From the NCBI RefSeq assembly GCF_009914755.1, contig NC_060928.1: a stretch of DNA of 64,000 nt, one strand, 5' to 3'. Of this stretch, positions 15,894 to 30,720 are shown one piece after another (the stretch's first letter is position 1; every line of letters begins with the position of its first letter). The notes beneath the pieces were generated by a model. It made no database searches. It was not told the DNA's origin and was given only the letters and a program-made list of their open reading frames with translations. Origin of the DNA: the human T2T-CHM13v2.0 reference genome, Homo sapiens. Both the position numbers and the translations under genes were made by a program.

Positions 15894-16476
15894 CGATTCC
15901 TCAAGGATCTAGAACTAGAATTACCATTTGACCCAGTAATCCCATTACTGGGTATATACCCAAAGGATTATAAATCATGCTACTATAAAGACACATACAC
16001 ACGTATATTTATTGCGGTACTATTCACAATAGCAAAGACTTGGAGCCAACCCAAATATCCATCAATGATAGACTGGATTAAGAAAATGTGGCACATATAC
16101 ACCATGGAATACTATGCAGCCATAAAAAAGGATGAGTTCATGTCCTTTGCAGGGACATGGATGAAGCTGGAAACCATCATTCTCAGCAAACTATCACAAG
16201 GACAGAAAACCAGACACTGCATGTTCTCACTCATAGGTGGGAATTGAACAATGAGATCACTTGGACACAGGGCGGGGAACATCATACACCGGGGCCTGTT
16301 GGGGGGATGGGGGGCTGGGGGAGGGATAGCATTAGGAAAAATACCTAATGTAAATGATGAGTTGATGGGTGCAGCAAAACAACATGGCACATGTATACCT
16401 ATGTATCAAATCTGCACATTGTGCACATGTACCCTAGAATTTAAAGTATAGTAAAAATAATAATAAAAGAGAAAAA
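15894..16476 (+). mobile_element. 5'-truncated L1PA (about L1PA5-7), ORF2 C-terminus plus 3'UTR
   Basis: The ORF2 peptide WIKKMWHIYTMEYYAAIKKDEFMSFAGTWMKLETIILSKL, a G-rich 3'UTR and an A-rich tail. Perfect 19-bp TSD AAGAAAAATTTCCTCCTCA at 15875-15893 and 16477-16495. Confidence 0.96.
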
Positions 16477-16859
16477 AAGAAAAATTTCCTCCTCATGAAA
16501 ATTGCAGTTATATTTCTAGTATCCTCTTCTCTCTTTGATATGAGTTAAAATATACAGGTGCTATTCAAGTTAACAAATCATGATTTCTTTTTAAAAAGAT
16601 AGATTTTTAGATTGGAGAAATACTTCATGTTAAGCAAACATAAAATATAGAAATTCAGTTTGCTGAGGAGAAGAATTAGGGGATTACACTGATTTACAGA
16701 AAGATTCTGAATAGGATTTCTTTAAACAGCAAAATTCCCTGGCACATTCAAAATATGTTGATTTAAGAAAATCTGATTTATACAAAACTTTACAGGAATA
16801 CATCTGTTATATAAATCTACACTCACCTGTAATTTACTTTAGAGAGAACAATTGAGTGA

Positions 16860-17030
16860 TAATAATAATAACATACTCATATAGCTCTTCATTATATGTT
16901 TTAAAGTGCTTTCCCCTAATTTATTGCTTTGTCTTTGGCAACCTTTTAAGGCAGTCAGAGAGGGTATTATTATCCCTCCTTCACAGATGAGAAATTGAGA
17001 GGTTAAGTGACTTGCCCAAGGTCAGACGGA
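16860..17030 (-). mobile_element. MIR
   Basis: cacagatgagaaattgagaggttaagtgacttgcccaaggtca core. Confidence 0.8.
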
Positions 17031-17129
17031 CATTCATTCATTTACTGCTATCAGAATGATGTAGTTTTAACGGGGTAGTCAAGGAAATATGGTTCTTCCT
17101 CCTATTTTTTTAAACAAGCTGTGAAAGCC

Positions 17130-17420
17130 ATTAAAAGAGGTAGATGATCTCACAAATATAATGTTGAATGAAAGAAGCCAGACACAAAAGTGTACATACT
17201 GTAGGATTCGATTACTATAAAATTCAAATGTAGGCAAAACTAAAGTATAGTGACAGAAGTCAGGGTGGAGGCTACCTCTGGGATGGCAACTGGGGGTAAA
17301 GAAGGGTTTAAGATAATGTCCTTGTTCTTGATCTGGTTTGTACATAGTTTTGTTCACTTGGTGAAAATTCACTGGGTTATGCACTATAATTTGTCACTTT
17401 TCTTTATATACATTAAAGAG
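17130..17420 (+). mobile_element. old L1M (L1ME-like) 3' fragment
   Basis: atctcacaaatataatgttgaatgaaagaagccagacacaaaag...aggcaaaactaa is typical of L1M 3' ends. Confidence 0.75.
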
Positions 17421-18257
17421 GTTTTCTCTTTGAAAAGAATCGTACATCTTTAAAAACAGTAATTTTTAAATGCCATTTAGATCACTTAATATATATATCC
17501 TTGAAACATTTGTCATTTTCATTGTTTCTTAAATGCATTTAAAAAATAACACGAACTAAATCCTAAGAGTTTAAAGAGTCAAGAAAAGTTTGTAGAAAAA
17601 AAAAACCAGTATTGTTTCACCTGAGAAAGTTTTGATATGAAATGAGAATTGGAGCACACTAAGATAATAATGCAAGTGATTTAGGATCAGGTCAAACATT
17701 TGTATTTAACTATGTCAAACTGGGAATAGTAAGCAAATGAGATTATATTGTTATTCACATAGTATATCCTAGAGAGCATATGTAATATGTAAGAGAGAAT
17801 TCCTTGAGTAGAAGATAAGAATTTTTAAAAAATATATCCATTTTATTTTAGAACATTGTATATTAGGATGCTGTGTTGGGTATCAGGGAAAAAAGCCAAT
17901 GCCAGTGATAAAAATCTGAGTAGTCTGTGCACACCTGGGGACAAACAAAGGCTCCTGAGAAGCCCACATAGCTTTCGATATAAGAATATACGGGGAAGAA
18001 TGTGTTTTCACCATTTTCCAAGACAAAAATTACATGTACCTTCAATTGCTTAAATTAATTTCAAAATTTTATTGCAGTTCTCCCAGAATTCTTCATACTC
18101 TATAACTCCATACCACTGAGAGCTAATGCTGCACTTGTATGCATTTACCACTGATGACAAAGGTTTTGTTTAAGTTTTACATATGGACTTTTTTCCGTTC
18201 CTTCCACTTTTTTCTTTTTTAAACAAAAACCATTATAGCACCAAAAATTATCTGTAT

Positions 18258-18573
<316 letters not shown>

Positions 18574-18765
18574 TCAGGAACAGAGAATTTCCAGGCAGTG
18601 AGTGAGATCTGGACCCAGAATGCTTTCATTTCACCAGGGATCCTGCAAAGGCAGCTGTACCTACAGCTGACTCCCCAGGAGAGCTGCTGAATACAATCCA
18701 AGCCCAAAGAAGCCTTGTTGATTCCTGACTCTATGCATTAGTTTCACTAGGACCTACCTGTTTCT

Positions 18766-18767
<2 letters not shown>

Positions 18768-18801
<34 letters not shown>

Positions 18802-18918
18802 GAGACAGGGTCTCACCGTGTTACCCAGGCTGGTCTCAAACTCCTGGGCTCAAGTGATCCTCCCCTCGCTGGCTTCCCAAAGTGCTAAGATTACAGGTAT
18901 GAACCCCCGTGCCCAGCC
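18768..18918 (-). mobile_element. Alu monomer (FLAM/AluJ left arm) with (TA)n tail
   Basis: (TA)n at 18768-18797 followed by a reverse left Alu arm. Confidence 0.85.
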
Positions 18919-19783
18919 TACCTTTTATACCTTGAACATCTGCATGCTGCATGCCAAACATTATGCAGGATGGAAAGTGTCAAGCTGATTGTGGTCACCT
19001 GCCAGCTCCCTGGCAATCTCTGGGCCCATTCCTTCAGTATCCAGGATGAGTGTGAGCCGTCCTCTGGCATTTGGGTTATTAGAGAATTACCCCGTGCTTC
19101 CCAATAGTGTTCACATCATAACATAGATTAGAAAGGCAGCTCAGGAGACAGACAGGAGGGGACAGGAAGAGGTAGGTTGAAGGAATTCTACTCTTCCCGA
19201 GCCACCAACCTAACCAAACATTTTTTCTACCAGCAAAAGATAAACAATTCATGGGGAACTGGGACCTGTGTGTCTATGAGTAAGTCCATGTGGAATCATT
19301 TCAGGACCATTTTTTTTTTTTAAATGACAGAGAACCAAAAGGCACAACGATTTTTCTCCGGGTAGAGATATTCAACAGTAGAAAAATTCTGAATCACTGT
19401 GCAAAGTTTGCTGTGCTAATTCATTTAGTCAGACCTGATCCCTTTGAAAATGGGATTTCTATTTCTATTTAAGCTAATAGGCATGCCCCTAAATTTAATC
19501 TCTCTTACAGCAGAGTCACTTAATTAATTCTCTCCTTTGACCTGCAGCATCTCTGTCGCTCCCCACACCCCTGGAATCTCTTTCTTTTTCTCCTGCAACA
19601 GCAATGTAGATATGTAGTCTTATGACCATTAGCATGTAGTAGGCCATATTACTTTTAACTTTTACTAATTTTCACTTTTTTATTATAGTCTGTCATATGA
19701 CAGATACATTCATCACACATAATCTTGACCATAGTTGTAAACAACCAGGCTTAGTATAGAAAAAGATAAACTGAGATACTTGC

Positions 19784-19819
19784 CATCAAGCCTTGTTCTC
19801 CTGGCTTTCCTGGTTCACC
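19784..19819 (-). CDS. COL25A1: COL25A1 coding exon, 36 nt, GEPGKPGEQGLM (GC donor)
   Basis: tcttttttaag|GGTGAACCAGGAAAGCCAGGAGAACAAGGCTTGATG|gcaagt: four Gly-X-Y triplets. The register is kept only with the GCAAGT donor. Confidence 0.92.
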
Positions 19820-20406
19820 CTTAAAAAAGAATAGTGATAATTTTAGTAACGCTGTAAGTATTTAAAAAAAAACCCTTCAATCATTTTTTCTTCTTTGACT
19901 GGGGCATGTAAATGTCAAATATATTTCTTCAGGTTAAATAGAGGAATGTAGCACATTAAAAGAGAGCTAATTTCCCTTCTACAAATAAACTTTACAAATT
20001 TAGGGTTTAATAAAATTAGTCTAGATTATCATGTCTTCTTTAGGATGACATAAAGATAATGACATGGTGTCTTTATGAGAACTCAGAACTTTCATACATA
20101 GGACAGAGAGACAATTGCTCTTAGTGCAGGTGTTTAATAAAATGAGCAGAGACTGATGTTAAATTTTGGTCTTCCTGGATTAATGACGGCTGAAGTAACA
20201 TGTTTCATTAAATTTGATAGAGAAAATTACACTATATCATGACATTATCATTTTCTTATATTCAGATTGATATAGAATTATATTTTATTGTCATTATAAT
20301 GACAGTCATTGGCTAAAAATATTTTTGTCTTAAATTGCCAATAAATATAGATATTGCTGGTCTTTCAAAATAAGTATTTCACAGTTTATTTTTATAGTCT
20401 TCTTCT

Positions 20407-20575
20407 AGCAAGGTATGATGACACATGCCTGTAATCTCAGCTATTTGGGAGGCTGAGGCAGGAGGACTGTGTGAGCCCAGGTCTTTAAGGCTATGATGTG
20501 CTATGACGGCGTCTGTGAATAGCCACTGCACTACAGCTTGGGCAACACAGCAAAGACCTCATTGCACACAAAAAA
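20407..20575 (+). mobile_element. FAM (fossil Alu monomer)
   Basis: Retains the 7SL-like segment gtgctatgacggcgtctgtgaatagccactgcact that is absent from dimeric Alus. Confidence 0.8.
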
Positions 20576-20584
20576 ATCTTTTTC

Positions 20585-20922
<338 letters not shown>

Positions 20923-22514
20923 TTAAAACAAGTTAATTTGTCCTATGTGTAGAAAGCTCCATTTCTTACTTACATAAATAAACTATATTCATTTAAAGAA
21001 TGATATAATTTTGGATTGTGTGGTTTGTCATACTTTACCTTTAATTTTGTTTTTAAAAAGTAATTTCTATCTTGAATTTCAGTATAGTATAGCATATAAT
21101 GCTCAATGATCTGACTAATGTACCATCAAAATGGTTTTAACTACTTTTTGAAGAGACACTCACTGTATTTCTGTTGGCAACCAGCAATCAATGGGAGAGC
21201 TTTAAATATCCCTAAAGCTGTGGATCTCTCTACCTTTTGGAATATCATCATGAGAAAAAGCAAGGCATTAGAAGACAGTTACAGAATTCAACCACTGTCT
21301 TTGAAGGTTGAGTGAAAGCAGTCCTAACAACTAGCAAATCATATGTTGAAAGACAATTCCTCATTTTATATCAGCAAATTCACAGCAGCTTTCAGAAAGG
21401 GATATGGGCTTATGAGGCTGTCTCAGAAGTTTTAAAGTACGCTATATTCTCATAAAGAGTCATTCTTTTAAAAATGCATAAATATATGCATATAAAAATG
21501 AAAGAAAATATACCAAAACATTAATGAGTATTGTAAATATTGTAAACATTAATGAGTATGGTAAAAGAAAAAAATATTTTTTTCTTTTTGGTTTTATTTT
21601 CAAAAGTTTCTGCTTCGTGGATAAATATTTTCATTATTATTATGTACTACAAAAATACTATGAAAATAATTTGTTAAATAAATACATTGAATAAATAATT
21701 TAATCCAGTAATAAACCTTAATTTCTAGTCCTAAAGTCATAAAATAAATCTAAAATTTTTGACCTTTTCCATATATTTCTTTTAATTGCTGGGTTGCCTC
21801 TATGAAATCAAACCATTTATCTTCTGCCTTTTACTACTATATCATTGACACTTGACCAATCTTAGTAGCCAAGTATTGAGATTACTTTTAAATTATTTCT
21901 ATGAATAAGCCTTACATACAAAAGACAAATGATATTTAAACCATACCCACTGATGTTTTAGCCATTCATTTTACGGTTATTAGCAATTTTGGGGGTTCAC
22001 GTTATTTATAAGGGATTAAATATTAGAATATTTTACTTCCTCTACTTTCCATAAATAGTATAGGACTTTATTGGTCTGCTATTGAAACTTTGGAAAATGT
22101 TATTAGACTCCTACTTAGTTTTTCAGACTAATCTCCCATTTAAACCAAAGGCCCCGGTGCACACTACGGCAGTGAGGATACACCTGGGAATGGGCAACTC
22201 CAATCAAAGACTTCTTGAGGCTTACCTCAAAAACAGTTTAGTGGCTGCCTCCAGGTGTCTCTTGTGGTTTGCTTGGATTCCCAGTGTATTCAGTGGTAAA
22301 GAGGAATGCAGCTGGGAGTGCCCTGTGCTGCTTGGGGACTTTCCCATCATCTCACTTCCCTCAACCTACTCCACTCATCATCCCACTTCCCTCAACCCAC
22401 TCCACTCACTTGACCCCCTGACCTGATGCCCCTCACCACCCTACTCCACCCTAGTTCTCAGCCCTTAACATGAAGCAAAACGTGTGAGAATAAGTGATCC
22501 AAAAAGCGACTCAC

Positions 22515-22622
22515 GGGTACTCCTGGCATTCCACGGGGGCCATCTTTCCCTGTGTCCCCAGGTGGCCCTCTTGGGCCTGGAGGGCCAGGGGGTCCTGGAG
22601 GCCCTGCCTGTCCTTGGTCACC
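22515..22622 (-). CDS. COL25A1: COL25A1 coding exon, 108 nt, [36 protein letters not shown]
   Basis: cttctccatcacag acceptor and CCC|gtgagt donor around 12 perfect Gly-X-Y triplets. Visible inside supplied ORF 22458..22691(-). Confidence 0.97.
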
Positions 22623-23341
22623 CTGTGATGGAGAAGGGAACAGACCAGCAATAACCATGAAAGATAAAGACCCAGGTCTTCTTTTCAGCACCTTAAATTT
22701 GTATTATCTAATTCACATTTACACTATGAAAAGAACCAGAACAACCACAAATATAAAGCCTGTAGGCAATTTGCTTCCCAGCAGGGAGCAAATAAATATT
22801 CATGCTGGGTGACTGAGTAGATGCTATTAAAATCAAAGCAGTTCAGGAACCAGCACTTCCAGTTCTTGGAAATAGTGTGTATGTTACCACTATAGTCAGA
22901 GCTGGTATAAAACGTGTGCATTACTTTATCCATAACAACACTGCATCAGTTACATTCACCTCATTTAATAAAATGGCTGCATTTATAGTTAGACAAATGT
23001 GTTTACTTTAAATTAAGCATATGAGGCTCCCATCATATTGCCTAATAATTTATAAATTACCAAATCTAGAGAGCTTAGAAACTGGATCTGTTAGTAGTTA
23101 CAATTTATAATTTTTTAATTAAGAAAAAATTAGATAGGCTTTTAATATCTTTTTTGGTAATTTATCTAACATTTCAAACAAATGCAGCTCACTAAACTTA
23201 ATTTTGTTTGAGGATATTTCCAAATAAATGCCCACATACCACCCACACCCCACCCATAAGAGATAAATCGTAAAGCAATAGGTACACAGAGCAATAACTG
23301 ATGTAAAGAAGAAATCAGACTTCAGCAAGAATAAGCACTAC

Positions 23342-23413
23342 CTTAATCAGGCGGCGTTTAATGAGCTGCTGATCAGCAGAGAGAAACCCATGATTGATTT
23401 TAGGAAACACCAT
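23342..23413 (-). CDS. COL25A1: COL25A1 NC2 exon, 72 nt, MVFPKINHGFLSADQQLIKRRLIK
   Basis: actgatcag|ATGGTGTTT...ATTAAG|gtagtg: open, phase 0, and contains the LIKRRLIK motif characteristic of collagen XXV NC2. Confidence 0.93.
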
Positions 23414-24184
23414 CTGATCAGTCAGTTGAGGTCAAAGGTTGAAGTTCAGAGATGAGAGAGTTGAAGAATAGACATCAGAAGGCCCCAAGAAAGAAATAAA
23501 GATATCCACATTAGACTTATAATGATTATTAAACAAAATAGAACTGGCACTTATGTCTAACATTAGACCCACTGGCTCTTCTTGAAAGAAATATAATCCT
23601 GAAATGGGATGCTGAGACCAGAACTTCAGTAGTAATGAATATTTTTTGTGCCTCATCATTTCACTGTGGATGTTGGACCTTTTTAATGTAGTTTATTCCC
23701 AGAAACAGGTAAGCAAGTGCACCCCTGCATTCTTCAGTCTGAGCAGAAAGTCTAGAGACAAAATGCCAGTTCCATTTCCGTCAGACTTGTCAACCAGCAT
23801 AATGTGGCGTGAACTCAACTGCCATTTTATTGACGCCTGAAGTCCAGAGAGAGTACTTAGGATTATTTAATTGACTGGAAAAATATTACAGAGCATTAGA
23901 ATGCTTGTAAATTAAGCCATCAAGGCGTGGCATGGTTCTAGATTGCTATGCCCACCTCTGTTCACAGTACCTGTTTGACGTCAATATCCTCTCAAGTATG
24001 CTCAGGATACACCCTCTTAATAGATATTTGACCTCAATGATGCAAGTGGGGTCCCAAGTGCCCAGTAACTTGATATATACCATGAGAGGAAGCCAACGGG
24101 CTCGGCAAGCCAATTGAATGGTTCCTGCTCACGCTTATGCTGATTGCATTTCTGACTGTGCAGGCATGAGTGACAACCACAAAC

Positions 24185-24244
24185 CTTGACGGTGAGGATC
24201 TGATTACTGTGCAGGGCAGCAACTGTGGGGAAGCCTGGCAGGCC
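24185..24244 (-). CDS. COL25A1: COL25A1 alternative NC2 exon, 60 nt, GLPGFPTVAALHSNQILTVK
   Basis: atgtccatag|GGCCTGCCAGGCTTCCCC...GTCAAG|gtttgt: open, phase 0, and begins with two Gly-X-Y triplets. It resembles the COL13A1 NC2 peptide MPAALRSSQIIALK (from memory). Confidence 0.85.
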
Positions 24245-24416
24245 CTATGGACATAGCACAGCACCAAAACAACACGACATAAAACGTCACACAGACATTT
24301 CACTAGGGGACAAACAAAACAAGCACATACCTAGCACCTCCCTTTCCTGGGACTTAGAAGTCTTGCCTCATCTGACATACCATAAACAAAATTAGACACA
24401 TAAGGCCCCAAAATAA

Positions 24417-25031
<615 letters not shown>

Positions 25032-27629
25032 AAACCAATAATTTCTTAAAGCATGGAATAGGGAAACTGAGAGCTCATTGTCACTGAGCCTGGGGCAGGT
25101 ACAATGGGATCTGTGTCTACACGGTGTAAAGAGTTTGCTACACGAAGCATTTCTGGAATCTTACTTACAAAATTACAACATCTTAATTACAAAATGTTAG
25201 TACAAAATGGAGATAACTATAGACACTGTTACGAAAACCACACTGTAATTTCCCTCAATTGACATTCTGTTTACAACTCAGGACATACAATACGTGTATT
25301 AATTCTTTTTTGGACAACAACAGGGAACAAAATTTTGCCATCAGATCATACTTATTCCCCAGAATAAACACAGCACACCTCACAAAATATAGTCTTGCCA
25401 CCCACATATCAAAATTTCTCTCTCCAATCATATGATGAATCTCAGATCTCTCCTGTTTCAGGAATTCATGCAGAGGTGGTGGATGAAAATCTGTCTCTTA
25501 CAACATGTGTATTTCATGTCAGGGGGATTTATGGTCACACTCTGCAGTAATCACTTCTGTCACATAACTTTTCCAAAAGAACTTGACAGTTCACACAACC
25601 CCTTAATGCAGAAAAGCGGTTTTGAATTCCTTATCCAAGGAGAACAGGGAGAGATGTTTTAGACACTCGTTCTTCAATAACTTGTACTAACTCCTCCTCC
25701 CAGGCGTTATCAATTGGGTAAGTCTGAGAGAGAAATTTTGGCTTTGTTCTATTTCTTTTCTAACAACATGTGAAACTAAAGCCTTTTATTCCTTTTTTTC
25801 AAAAAAAAAAAAACACAGAACATGTTTACCATATAAATAAAATAAACAACAACCACAGCAATACATGGCCTAGGCTCTCCCTCTTCCCACCCAAATTTAT
25901 CTTGTGGATATTTTTAGGAAAGCCCAGGAAATTTCTACATTTTCTACATTTTTAATTTTATTAGTTTCATGAATATTTCACCCCCACATTCCTCATATTA
26001 GAGATATGTTTTTCATTTTAAGAAAGGCAGTAAAATTAGTTTGTAGTCTGAAGACATTTCTTCAGCTCTAATGCCTTTGACTCTCAGTCTTCGGTACTAC
26101 AACTTCTCAGGAAGCAAAACAGAGAAAATCTTATCTCTTTTGCCAAATCCGTTCTGATAAGGCTATTAAGTGGCTTCGTAGTTTTGAGGTGACCTATGTC
26201 CTCTTTTTCTTCTCTCTAAATACAAGTCCTTTAAATATAGATTCTGCATAAATTCAGAAATGCTACAAGTTTGAAAACAGATGTATACAATTTGCTTTTG
26301 TTTTACTATGGAATATGAGTTTAAAATGTTATTAGATGGTAATGTGCCAGCATCTTTCCATCTGTGACTCATTAGCCCTATATTACACAGTCAGAATTTT
26401 ATATATAAACCTCATATTTATGTAACAAAGAACAAAAACAGATACAAACAAGAAGTCTATGAGGGATCAGAATCTTGATTAGTGGCGATAAATCATAATG
26501 TCACTTGAAACAGGATTATCTAACAAAATAATTTTAAATTAAAAACCTTTTAGCAGCACACATGGTAGGACTTAAAAATATTTTGAAATTTGAATGTGTA
26601 AATAAGTCACTTCTTGTACTCATCTCTGAGCATGACCAGCTTTCTATTTGATCGTATTTTCAAAATGCTCACAAAAAAAAAAGCCTTAAGTTTTATAACT
26701 CCTTAGTTTGGGTTCTAATTTTAATGAGATCTAAAGAGAGAATTGGATAGGTAATTCTCACCTCAGAAAGACCTTTTTCCTCAAACAGAATAATCTCTAT
26801 TTGAGGAAGCTGATTTATATTCCTCAATCATCTTGACTGTGAAAATGCTACCAATTAGGTGTTTAGTGCTACATTTTAAAGATATCATTAGCATGCTAGG
26901 CAAGGAATTTTTCAGGAGTTTACGTGTAGCAAAGTAAAAAGGGGACATGTGGACAGAGTTTCTTATATTCTAACAAAAATCCCATGATTTGGGCTGCAAT
27001 GTGCTAGGACCCTGTGCTTTTCAAACTGGGGTAAAAGTAACCCTCAGAGTATATGCCAGCATCCTACAGAGTGTTTCAAAGCAATAATAAATATGGTACA
27101 TCTTCCTAAAAAGTATATTTAATTAATGGCAAATAAATTTAAACATTATTATGTAAAGCAAACATCGATATATATTATAGGGTTTTAGCATTCAAAATTG
27201 AATATGTTTTAAAAATTTTCACCATTTGATGGTGGTAAAAAAAATCCCATTTCACAGGGGCTGCCTCCAGATCCTAGGTAGACACTGACTCTGCTTCTTG
27301 CACGAGTTCTTTGGAGGGTTGGTTTGTAAAGTACAGGTGTTGACACCTATCTTCAGTACAGGTGTTGACACCTTATGGCTTTGTGTGGCCATACCTGCTA
27401 GGCTTCTCTAGCTGCTCATACAGAGGATATAATTTTTATTAACCATACCATTTTTTCCCACAGTATCATTAGTCATAATCCTTTCTAAACAAATAGAATG
27501 GACATATTTTACTTGGTTTTGCATCTTAGAAAATTTGCCTGGTACACAGATGGTTTGAGTGGGTGTGGAAAAACAAATGTGCCTCCAGAAAAATATGGAG
27601 AAAACATCCAGGAATAAGCTGAATATTGA

Positions 27630-27977
<348 letters not shown>

Positions 27978-28489
27978 TGAATTCTTAAGAAATCGGATGT
28001 ATAAGAGCTGTGAAACTACCATATATATAAAACTTATTTTTTTCCCTCCTGAGAGCATAAAGCCTCAGACAGCTTCATGAATCTTCATGACATTCTGTGA
28101 AGTAGGCAACCATCTCACAATGAATATTTTGACATCATTACAGGAAAGGCTATATCTCCCCCTTCATTACCATCTAGAAGAAACAATGCAAGCCTACCCC
28201 AAAGGGATATTGAACAAATAAATAATTCATAAGAAATGCTTCCAACTACTTAGAGGCCATACATTCAAGGTGTTATTGTCATTTTTATTGTTACGCAGTA
28301 ATAATGAGTGTTATAAGATTACAAATAGTGAGAAGATTTTGTGCTTTCTCAAAAGTATTCAGTAAGGCAATGATAGAGCCAGAAATTCAATTCAGGTCTT
28401 CTGATTCTAAACTTTGTCATTACGCAATTTATGTGTTTATAATTTTCTTCTACCTGCTTTACAGTTTAAATATTAGAAAGCTTTAAAAC

Positions 28490-29610
<1,121 letters not shown>

Positions 29611-30402
29611 AATGGTAATTCTCCTCACAAAAATTCTAGTCAGGCAAATGACTCAAAATGATAGATGCATATACTCTACTTTGCTGTTTATTGCATCATC
29701 AATAATGCTGCCTAAATGCACATAAATAACTCATAAGAAGAACAGGTTAACAATGGCCAGTGTCACTGACAATGGCTGATCATTGATCAGCACAAGGGAG
29801 TGTACCTGAGGTTGTTGGGCTATGGAGGAAAAGATAATTATTTTAATTATGAAGAGTCAAGGGGCCCCAATAGCAAGTCATATTGAAAGAAAAAATATGC
29901 ATTATGCTGAGAAATGAAATCTCCAAGTCTCTCTTTAATGTAAATACTATCATGATTCTGTTTGCCCAAAATACATCATGCATTACAACACGACCATCAC
30001 AGTGGGCATGTGTGCAGCACAAATAGAGATAAATACTCCTCAAAGTTGATAAAAATAATTTCTAGCTAAGAGAGACCAGATGGGGAAATACTACAATAAG
30101 GTACAAAAATATTTAGGTAAAAGAATTGCTTCAGTTTAGCAGAAACTGCTAGAAGGCTAAATTAAGAAAGAAAAGAATTTAAGAGAAAGAAATTTGCAGC
30201 TAGATCATTCCATATTGCAGTAGATGGTATAATTTATCTGTCTGAATAGAAAACTCAACTATATAAAGCTAAACAGCTAAAGGAATTTTTGAACAATCAT
30301 GTAATATGAGAATTGGGGCCTGTGGAAATCAGAAGTTATAACTGATGATAAAAGATTGCCTCATGGTATTATTAATTATGGGAAGAATTAGCCTTCTGTA
30401 GT

Positions 30403-30720
30403 TGAATATAATATTTTCAACTGGCTCAAAAAGTTACTATTTTTCTTTTTTATTGATACTCTAAATTCCATTCTACTACGTTTTCTCATAAATGTTAACC
30501 CTAGTCACCCCAGGAATTATCTTTTTTTGTCTATAAATGATGTGTAAATTTTACAAGTTATTTGAATATATTTTCAAGTGGCTCGAAAAGTGACTATTTT
30601 TCTTTTTTATAGATACTCTGAATTCCATTCTACTATGTTTTATCATAAATATTAACCCTAGTCACTCCAGGAATTGTCTTTTTATATGTCGATGATAAGT
30701 GTAACTTTATAAGTTATTTG
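30403..30720. repeat. diverged two-copy tandem duplication, period ~157 bp
   Basis: tggctc[a/g]aaaagt[t/g]actatttttcttttttat...aaccctagtcac[c/t]ccaggaatt occurs at 30422 and 30579. Confidence 0.92.

Noticed and set aside
16065-16247. ORF resembling a reverse-transcriptase protein C-terminus
   Set aside because: It is the end of L1 ORF2 in a 5'-truncated, non-autonomous copy.
22552-22812. Plus-strand ORF with GPGGPGGP repeats
   Set aside because: It is the antisense reading of the minus-strand Gly-Pro-Pro exon; there is no independent gene evidence.
24081-24124. Possible extra mini-exon (cag|GAACC...CATG|gtatat) between the two NC2 exons
   Set aside because: No pyrimidine tract, a weak donor, and the 44-nt length would shift the frame.
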